Origin: a virus
Virus record (IMG/VR): IMGVR_UViG_3300042453_004886
Span: 1 to 64,000 of that record
Reading direction: 5' to 3' (one strand)
Length of the DNA: 64,000 nucleotides
The translations under genes and the position numbers were made by a program. The notes beneath the pieces are model-generated. The model had not been told where the DNA came from. It worked only from the letters and a program-made list of their open reading frames with translations, and did not search any database. Shown here piece after piece: positions 48,501 through 57,900 of the stretch (position 1 is the stretch's first letter; each line of letters opens with the position of its first letter).

Positions 48501-48916
48501 CTGGTAATAAAAGCAACTCTACCTGTTGATATTACAAAAAACTGACCTGTCAGTGGATTAAATGAAAGTTCTTTGTAAGAGTAAATAATATTACCACTTT
48601 TATCAAGAGCAGTAGTAGAGCTATCTAAAAGATCTTGTTTTAAGTTATTAAGATCTTTTTGTGTAGGTAGTTTTTTAGGTTTTTTTGGAACAAGTCGTTT
48701 GTCTACTAAGTTTACTTTTGGTTTTTTAAGTCTTCTTATTCCCTTTGCTTTATACTCACCTGTTTTAGGGTCTCTTACCATATCTATATAGTCGTCAGAT
48801 CCTGTTGATAAAGACACTACTTCTTTAGCTTTTTGCTTTAACGCCATTAAAAGGGCACGCCAGTATACTCTAGCCGCTGGAGATGTTGCAATTTTTACTA
48901 AGCTCTCAACGCCCAT
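45551..48916 (-). CDS. Large multidomain protein B: gluzincin HExxH peptidase + degenerate amidase-like domain
   Basis: AHEFAHYLQ...EGFAYY; HFVVKKDGTIEQ...SMVIGIE; collinear with protein A. Confidence 0.7.
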   Translation of the reverse strand: MGVESLVKIATSPAARVYWRALLMALKQKAKEVVSLSTGSDDYIDMVRDPKTGEYKAKGIRRLKKPKVNLVDKRLVPKKPKKLPTQKDLNNLKQDLLDSSTTALDKSGNIIYSYKELSFNPLTGQFFVISTGRVAFITRENAALILEQILSTNSQYLQLAVEAPYLAYRIRTSENNYYRVYSNNSLEFEQTTNQRVDLVIFADKDLKRELIALGPVGNDFQLGILFEADGTPYIAEYNKKTRTFTKVLSHIKFSLIPKTGYYLVSSHTKHTVLDPNNRAKSFYDLDYMEDNQIVEVEKQNNSPLKYRKIFQQEENKGSLRPKITLRFKDSETGKDIPLYFSASEGMLRQDDAHTRYSSNQHYLLTLFEIVESGMGFDWKNFVQVVKTNKYGKLAYLDFPYLITNDSPDRELSWNQREALIFYFLSMVKALDHLSSERSLKSRLNIQISPPKVMQNGQYSFTNSEITVVFSRPQVVNRFSVVIPYSSSNPQVIRLIVSGRVNSSQSWTQLNEISLFADSAGIYPEASRTGIEILEKDSTTAVEYREFKLRIVDVFGNSLPSSSGFNQNTFKLEYKHESHVPLVDINSVDALTDTSTNSFKLLRPLPRISNVQDKSDVDRAIAELLSRLAESFGVEAPSGYIVDLLSGNSGDHVIHSTDAIGTYTDGGNIVRIKLADTVRFYKGDVLNVVAHEFAHYLQDLTGVPWPVNLPQATKDEYSNYADTRQGENRSLEGFAYYVEENWKDLIIVKTGVLTEVAEGSYQVTRLEEVSFSPIQGLFMRRDPVTGEYKGSLDLTPAVAQLLLREIHNNQGVRNLPTVSNINGEIQYIDASSNVYRFDPRTGEFGQISTNYAANLVKFNVKPVEKVDLPPKYPNRGPGLMVFVNRIILKMFQSSTHATKTEETFHFVVKKDGTIEQKVNNILTCLSSFSSDSAYIQQGNLKIDSLFSDSMVIGIECDPADIYNSHITPKQIESLFSLLAVIRLSYRIEKDSIFFSNVVKGSTFSIQEIMSINVSPGDLQDINYIIEAVENLIKSKGSNKNSINLNHLITYKEINQLFNNGRGVPPDPHLKYKTIISRRLPNGQMRLFGIDKLGNEIQLLESELPAYYYHSSVRALLRIAGRK

Positions 48917-51900
48917 TTATTGTAACTCTTTTAATATGTTAGGTATATAGTTTATATTTTCGTTACCAGAGGTTGTACCTAACTGATTAACGGCTCTTTT
49001 ATCTGCTTCTACAGAAAATTGTCTATACTCTAGCTTAGTACCTTGAGATAATGCTGCTTCTAGAGCACCTGATATTTGAGAGTGATACCCTCTTACAGCA
49101 ATTAATCCAGCTTGTACTGGGTCTGCTTTCTTTTGATTAACAAGATCTATAAGTTTTAAATCAGAAGTAGAATAGTTATTTGTAATTATATTGTAAAGTA
49201 TTTTTGCACTAAGTATAGTATAGTATTTTACTGGTCTAGGTATTTTAGACGGTTTATTAGTTAATGGGTGATTTAGTAATTTGTAGTAGTTTGTGTAAGC
49301 TTCGTGATCAAGTTCATCAGCAACGGCAACACTTAAAGCCAACTGACTGTGCGTATTTAAAAGAACTTGGCTAATTCCAGATGCACCTGTATTAAAAGAG
49401 CTTGTTGAACTATTCCAAACAAGTTTTTGATCGTTTGTATAGCCTTGACCATCGTTTGCTAGTATGTACGGATTTAAACCAATACTTTCATGAGCTAACA
49501 TTGCAAGAAAAGTTTGAAGCGGAACCATAAGTCTAGCTGTTTCATTACTACCAAAAGCTTTATTGTAAGCATCAGCTATGTAGTAAGTTAGAGTTTTTGC
49601 ATCATCCATTGTGTACTTCATCTCTGTAAAACTACTTAAATAAGCATAAACCGCATCATCCATTGTTTCAGCAAACTCTACTGCAGTCTTAGCTGAATAT
49701 ATACCGGAGTAGGCTTTTTCTACAGCGGTGTATTCTGCTTTTGTTAATAATCTTTTATCATTACCTGCAAGATTACCCTTTTCGTCAAATCTAATTTCAT
49801 CTACTTTTCTTTGCTTTCTACTCGGGTTTTCTAATCTATCTTTTAAATACCTAGCATCTGCTTCAGTTAAAACTAATTGAAACCTACCTGTGATACCGTT
49901 ATAATAAAATTTATTTGATTCTACATCAAATTCAGCTGCATCGAGCATTTTTTTACGTGATTTAGATAATGGTGCAGCAGGCCTTACTTTTTCTGCGGGC
50001 TCTCTAAACTGAGGAAGTTCAAGGTCTATATCAGCAGGTAAAACAGTTTTGGACAGTTTATTTACAAAGTATTCCATGGATGCAATTAAAATTTTAATTT
50101 CGTCTATTATTGATATAGATTTGGTACCAACTGCAGGAACAGTCATGTTTCTTTCTGGAATAGTATACCTACTGTTAGCTTTAACTAGTTCAAATTTAGA
50201 TTTAGTGGTATGAGTTGAAGTAACTTTAGATAGATCTTTAACATCATCACGTGATGATCTATAAGGGCCGGGAGGAGTATTAAAATAAATAGCTTGATGT
50301 GCTTTACTAATCTCTAAAAATGCGGTTTCAAAGTACCTAATAGGTCTTTGAGCAAGCTGAAATAAACCATGTGGATACTCAGTAATACTTACAGCTCCAA
50401 AGAAAACTTTACCGGTGTTATTAAGATAGTTATCAGTAATAAACCTTGAATCTTGAATATTTGAATCTGGATTGTAGACGCTTAAAAGATAGTTAAGAAA
50501 CTCCTGTAAATTGTTTTCGCTAGGAATTACTTCATTCTCTAGTATTTCCTTTTCCCCTGTTTCTGAGTTAGTTTTGGTGTAGTAGTAAAATACAGGTGCT
50601 TTGAAATTGAAGTTATCTTTAACTTTATTGAAAGTTACAAGTAAATGCCAAGGCTTAAAATTAGGTATATCAGGAGCGAGTTTGATCTTTTTTACAAGCG
50701 CGTTTACATCTTTTTCTGAACCGTAAGATTTGGTAGCAAGCTGAACAGCCCAAGATTGAGAAGTTCTATAGTTTGTAGTAGGCCTAGATTTGCTTGAAGA
50801 AGAAGAACTGCCAGAACTTGCAGACGTAGCGCTACCACCACCTCCTGATTTTGGTGTAAATAAAGTATCTTTTGGTAGGTTGCCTGTGGTTGAACCAACT
50901 ACAAAGTCCCCATCTAGGACTTCTAGCATATACGTTACTGCATCTATTAAAAGTCCTACCTCTTCGTATAAAGACAGGTAGTTTTTAGTTTTTGGTGAGT
51001 TAAAATAGCTAAACTGCCAGTTGTTCTCTGTATGTTTTTCTTCATGCTTAATAGTTTTTATGTTTATTGTTCCCTTTAAATTTACTGTTGTGGTTCCGTA
51101 GTAGTTTTCTTGAGTACCTGATCTTTCCGAGGATACATACCTACTAGCCGATTTGTACAGGTAAAAAGCATTTGGCGTCTCCGGGGTTCCCCTAGCATAG
51201 CGCTCAAAAATAGTTCCTAAATATGGGCCTTCTTTAGCTGAAATCCTATCTGATTTCATTGTTAGTTTAGTGCTTGAACTACTTGGCCTACTTACATCAT
51301 ACCTGTCAGGAGAAAAATTAGATCTATCGGATAGATACGCGGTTAAAAACCATTCCAAATCTTTACGAGTCGGAACAACTTCTGTAAAGGTTAGATCATC
51401 CCGACGGTCGGAATCATTGTAAGATAAACTATAGTAAAATTTTCCGTATCTGAGGTCTATACTGCCGTCTTTATTAGTATGTGGTTTAAATATAATTTTT
51501 GGTAAATGCGGATACGATGTTTTATTGCTAGTGCTAACTAAGGTACTAAGACCAGGTATACCGGTTGAAGTTTTTAACATATTAATAAAAGCAGTTACAA
51601 CACGGTTATTTTCAGGAAAGTACTTTGGATCTCTTAGCTGCTCATATACCCCTGGATAACTTTTTGCAGAAGCTGTTCTACCTGCAGCTTGTGCTGCCTT
51701 TTCAACTTTACCCTGAGGATTACCGTTACTTGGAACAGCTCTTCCCGGCCTTCTTGCCGCAGGTCTTGCAGGAGCAGGTTTTTTTCTTTTCTTTGTTGTT
51801 GTGCCGGCTGCTTTTTTACCAGATTTTTCTTTTTTGGATTCCCCAGAACCTGCAGCACCAGAACCAGATTTACCTTTTGAAGCTTGCGCGACTTTAGTCG

Positions 51901-54900
51901 ATGGTTCTTTTCCAGAAGGAGCTTTTTCTGAGTTTAATCCAGATATTTTGTATTTATCATCAAATTTGTGGTCTGTTACTCTAAATACAATTTTGTACCA
52001 AACCCTGTCGTCTCTTTGAATAAATCTTTCAAAGCTTATAATAAATCCGTTGACTTTGATATTTATTCCATCTTCAGGGTACTCTGGAGACTCTACAGGA
52101 GCTTGTCCTTGAGATCTAAGAGTAAGCGTGCAGATGTTTCCAGCAGTCTGCAGTTTTCTGATAATGATGGATTCTTGATACGCCCTGAAATACTGGTATG
52201 TAGTGCCGTCATAGGGATCTTTGTTTCTGTAGTCGTTAAACGGGTCTCTGACAAATTTGGCACCCTTTGCTCCCTGAGCTTGTCCGGTTGTGTATCCAGG
52301 TTGATACTCGCCCAAGAACGAGCCTACAAACTCGATAACTTCATCGCTGACACCCATGGCCTGATAAACAGGTGTAGAGCCAGGGATATTAATCTTTGCT
52401 ATGTTCAGGTTTGTCCTGAACACGACACCATGATCCGCGCCAGGAGCTTGCATGCCCTGAGAAGGACTTGCAGACCGAACAGCAGGCATCATTTCAAAGT
52501 TGTAAGTTGTTCCACCAGATTTAATTGTGAACTCTGGATCAAGAATAAGAGTACTTGTGTAATTCTTTTTAACAGATAAGTTAGTACCATCTCTGTATTC
52601 TTTTATCTTTGAAATAAGCTGCTTGTAATTTTTTGAGTTTCTTCCAACTATAAAATTGGTTCTATCCAGCAGTCTTTCATAGGCGTTTACTACTCTAAGG
52701 GGTAACTTAGGTAGCTTGGGCAGGGGTTTTCCAGATACTGTATTTGTGTATCCAAATAACTGAGCCTGCAAGACGTCTTCAAGTTTTAAATTAGCTACCT
52801 CTGTCGGGTTATCGGAAGCAAGTATGTAACTACTTGTTCCAAGTTTTGTTTTTTCTTCCTTGCTATTTACTGTTTTAATAAGAGAAATACTGTGTATAGA
52901 TAAGATAGCATCTTTATCTAATCCAGTCTTGAATCCAAGATAAAACTTGTAAGGTCCATCTCCTAATACGTTTTCTTTCAAGTTGGTATTTGAGGAAACT
53001 TTTAACGACCGTGATTGAACAGGATTTCTAGTATTCATTCCTCCGTTTATAATTCCTGATAAAATCTCAAAATCATTGGTTCCATTTGTGTAGTATACGC
53101 AAAGATTGAAGTCACTGTATGATTTACCTTTGTCTAGAGAAAACTCTACGGTGTAATTTGCTTCCTCCCCGGCTTCGCTGAATATGATTTTGTTATCTGG
53201 AGTAACTGTAGCAGGAATTTCAAAAAGTCTGGCCCTGAGCTCTAAGCCGTCTTTACCCTGAATATTTTCGTTAAATCCTTCAGTATGTATGTCTAAAGTC
53301 TTACCACTGTTATCGATTACTACATTGACATCTTTCTTTTTTGTAGCTAAATCAAATGTCTGGAAATCAGCTGCCGCTTCAGTTTCAATTTTGTAGTCTG
53401 AGTACCACATTTGAAGAGGTTTTAGGCCTACCTCTTTTAGCTCAAAGTAGGATATAGCAGAGTTTAATTTATTAGCAGATTCTAGTATGCTTGAAAGTAC
53501 ACTATCAGTTTTTTGGTTTAAAAAGAAGTCTGAAATTTGATCTGGACTTACAAAGCTAGCTTGTCTTTCAGCCAGTGTTTTTTTGTAAAAATCATTGTCT
53601 AGAGTAAAATCTTCAAGCTCAAAATTAATCTCTACATCAAAATTGCCATGATCGTTGTTTAACTTAAAAGTGTTAAACTCAAAACTTATAACTTTATTTG
53701 TATTTAATCTACCTACAAATCCAGCCGGAACCTCAATTCCTTTTACAGGATCTACTTCTAGAGCTTCTTTTGCTTGAGTTTGTGTATTGAGTCCAAAAGC
53801 TGATATAACTGAGTCTGATACAATGTATGTTTTTGATGTATTACCAATGTAGTCAACTATAGCTATTTTTGGTCTAATATAAAAATTAGTTAAAGAACTT
53901 AGACTTACCTGTACAGATCCGTATAGAAATCTATTTTTATTAACTCCAGAGTAACTTCCTTTATTTGGTGAAGCTAAATTATTAGACTTGAAAGACAGGT
54001 GTTTTACTTTTCCAGATACTACGTTATCTACATCACCTTTAAACACTGATGTATATATTTTACTTCTTGGATTAGAATTATAAACAGGAACAGTTATTTG
54101 TTGATCATCTGCATAGTAAATATCCTCATTAAGCCCAAAACTAATAAAGTTTGGACCTGAAGAGCTAGAAAACTTTGTTACTATTACATTTGACGAATAA
54201 TCACCATTTTTATCTAGTTTGTCAGATACTTCTCTATACTCTGACTTTAGTGAAATTTTAAATACTACATAGGAAAGGTCACTTGTAGACTTGTTAGGGT
54301 CAAATATTTTTACACCTCCACCAGGTGTAGGTTTAATGACCATGTCTAAGTAGTAAAATTTCGGTTCAACAGGTCCAGGTACATCTCTAAAAACATCTTG
54401 TATTTTTATAGATTTTTCGGAGTTTACAAGAAGTACGTCTTGAAGTGTTGTATCTCCGGGTACGGTTGAAGGTTTGTCTTTTCCTAGCTGACCATTAACA
54501 AAAAAAGTTCTATTTTTTATATTTATTTGAAAATCTTCAATGTAGGTGTATTCCCCTGAAGTATTTGGAGTAACTGAAGGTAAAACATTCCCAATTTCAT
54601 CATAAGGAACACTGGCAATAAACATGGATGCATACGGGTTTTTATCGTAGATATACTTGTGTCTTTGAACTTCATAAGGAATAGATAATTTAAGTTCTTT
54701 TCCTGTGGATAGCAAATACAGCTGTTCTTTAGAAACCCTGAGGTGTACTTCATTCTCAGATACCGTTGCTACAGCAGCATTAATATCAAGATCCTTGATT
54801 ACACCCTTAAAGTCAGGAAGTAAAAACTCTATCTTCTGCTCAACTTTATGCGTGTAGCTAACAACCTTTGAATCAAGCTTTTTGCTTATAAAATCATTGA

Positions 54901-57900
54901 TTCCCTTAAACTGATCGTTAGCCCCTGAAGCTCCCAGATAACTCAGCAACGACTCTGAAGTTATTGAATCCAAGTAGTTTTCAAGGTTTTTGGAAGACTT
55001 GTAGTTTTGAATGGCAGCGTCCTTTACTCCGAGTTTTTTAAGTTCATCAACAGTTTTTTGAGTTTGCATTTGAATTTGGTCAGGGTTTTTCTGTGCAACT
55101 TTTATATCTGTAGCATTTGCTAGTAAGCTCTTAAACACGTAGGGTAGGTCATCTACGCTTTCAGCCTCACTTGCGTAAGACATCTCTCCAACTTGATTTG
55201 TATCAAATAGAGGAACGTTCGCACCGTTTGCATTATTAAATATGAATCCTAAGCCAGATATCTCGTCAGGTATTCTTTCTTTTGGTATAGCGTTTGGGTT
55301 AAACTCAACCTTTATATCAAGTGCTTTAAACACAGCAGGTTTGTTGTAAATAAACTCATTAAGAGGTCTTGTTGCAGTTGAAGGTTGAACAGCAGCTGCA
55401 TTTGTCTGAGGACTGCTTGCCGGAGTAGCACTGTTGTCTAAACCTGGCTTGCTCTCCAGGTTTGCTGCATCTTTTGCATCGTTAACGGGCTTGGTCTCGT
55501 TTTTTTCCAGACTACTTAAAATAGCAGGACTTATGTAGTCATTGTAAACTTTAGATACAGCAGCTTGAACAACAGGATCATCTTTAAACACACTTCCCGT
55601 CACCTGAGGAAGGGTGTCTTTGATAAACGTATCCCAGATCTGGGCAGCCGCTTTCCCGTCCTTTACAAAGGTATCTCCAACTGCCTTTCTCAGAGCATCT
55701 TGAAGCGTAACTGCCATACCTGCATCTGCACCCATGGCAGTGGCTGCAGCTGCAGCCACTGCGCCTAAAAGGCTTGCAGAAGCTCTTGGATTGGCCTGCG
55801 GATTAAACACAGGCACAAACCCATCCATGCCAAATACACCCGACTTTACGGCGCTTACAGCGTTATCCAAGAAAGACCCGTTCAGGTAGCTCATGGGATT
55901 CTTGGGATCATTAACAGCCCCAGCAACGCCTGCAGGACCGTTGACAATGAGATCGCTTAGCATTGAAAGGGCGCTGCGAGGTTTATCTGAAACCGATGCA
56001 TTTGGAGGAGCTGCCACACCAGGAGGCTCAATAGCTGTTGCGGAACCTGCAGGTATATAATTTTTTGGAGTATTTGTAAGAACAAATGATGGACTAACTG
56101 GATCAAAAACGGATTTGGGATCAATGCTTGGATTAACTACTTGCGGGGGTTGAATGGGATTTTGAGCAGAACTTGAATCTGTAATAGAAGGCGGGTCTAT
56201 GTTTCTGATTTCATCAGTGTCTACAACTTGCTGATTTATTTCAGAAGCCCTTTTATCAGAAATAATATTATATATTGCTCTAGCTATGCCTGTAAGCATT
56301 TCGGTGCTTAAGCTTGACGTTGGAACGGGATTATTAATAGTACTAACCGCGTACAGAGCGTCTGTAGCAAGCATTCTTTCAAGCGTGTAAAGATTTACAA
56401 GTGTATCTTCAGATGTAAAGTTAGAAATTATAATTGGATATCTAGTGTTAATACTTTGAATAGACTTCTGTTCGTCTGGGCTAAGAGAGTTATACAAATT
56501 TAGCAAAGCTTTGAAATTTAGTAGATTTTTAGTTTGTTCAAAAAGCTCTGCGTTTGCAGCTTTTACTGCAAGTTTGTAGGTTTTTACATGTTGCGGGTTT
56601 AATGTGATTGCTCTATTTTTTCTCTGCTCTTGCTGAGTTCTTGCACTGTGTAGAGCATTGATTTTTTTAGAAAGTTCTCCAGTATTTTTAAGCTGTAGGC
56701 CTATATCCTCAGTTTCAAGTTTCATATCTTTACCGTACATACCAATAACGTTGGATGTAACGGTAGCGGCCTTTGCCTGATCAATTTGATGGTTCATGTC
56801 TTCAAAGACATCAAACGCACCAACAAACTTTGGTGATGGCCTTTCACTGAATAAAGCTATCTTGATATCTTTTGCTACTTCTAATTCTGAATTAACTTCT
56901 CCAATAATGACATCGTCAGCTGTTCTTATCTGAGAGTGCGAGGAGAATGTTCTGTCTATAAAACCAAACTCATCAATGCCTGACGTCATAACCTTTATAA
57001 TGGTTTCAACACCACCAGGTATCGCTTGATTTTGATTGGTTACAGGGTTAAAAAATATGTTTTTAGGTATTTCCTCAAGCGTTACAACTTGAGCGTATTT
57101 ATCTCCAATGTAGCTGTATGTTTCGTTGTAATCGTTGTAAGCAATAATTGCAAAAGTTGTGATTTCGGTTTCAATCTCTGAAAGCTTGAAAGTCGGGTTC
57201 TCATCTGTAGAATCATCACCGTCTTCAATAACTTTTGCAGTCTTGTTGACAATTTCTTTTCCAAGATGAACGACGTTACAAAAAATAAGTGTGTCATCTT
57301 CGTACTTATCTACTTGGTGCAAATACTGACCAAGATCAAACTCTTCAACAGTTCCACGCGGGATAAGTAGAGTAACAGGTGTATCACAGATGTCCCCGAG
57401 ATCAAACGGAACACTAATATAGTTATTAAACCCGTTGGGTTCAAGAGAAGACCCCAAGATGTAAGCTAACTTACCGCTGAAGCTCTCATTGTCTTCTGGA
57501 GGCTCGTCTACCAAAACCAAGACTGTGGAATCATTTGAGCCCAGCCCAAGTGCGTCTGAAGAGCCCAAGATGAGTCTTGGAATATCTACAGCCTCTTCTT
57601 CTCGATCTGTAACCATGGGGTCTACAAACTGCTTCATGTACTCAGATACAACAATTGGAGCGGAATCAAACGGGTTAGGGTAGTCTGCTGGTACTTCCAT
57701 GGCGTAATCAAAATTGGTAAAACCCCAGGTAGCCAAAAGAGAGCTAATATCTAACTCAAACAAGTTAGAGAGTACAACCATGAAATCCGAGTACTCTTGC
57801 TCAGTGTTTCTGGTAACCTCATTAGATTTATTTAAAAGTGTCTTGTAGCCTGTTTTACACAGGTTCTCAACTTGATGGAACTTACCATAGAAAAGCTCTA

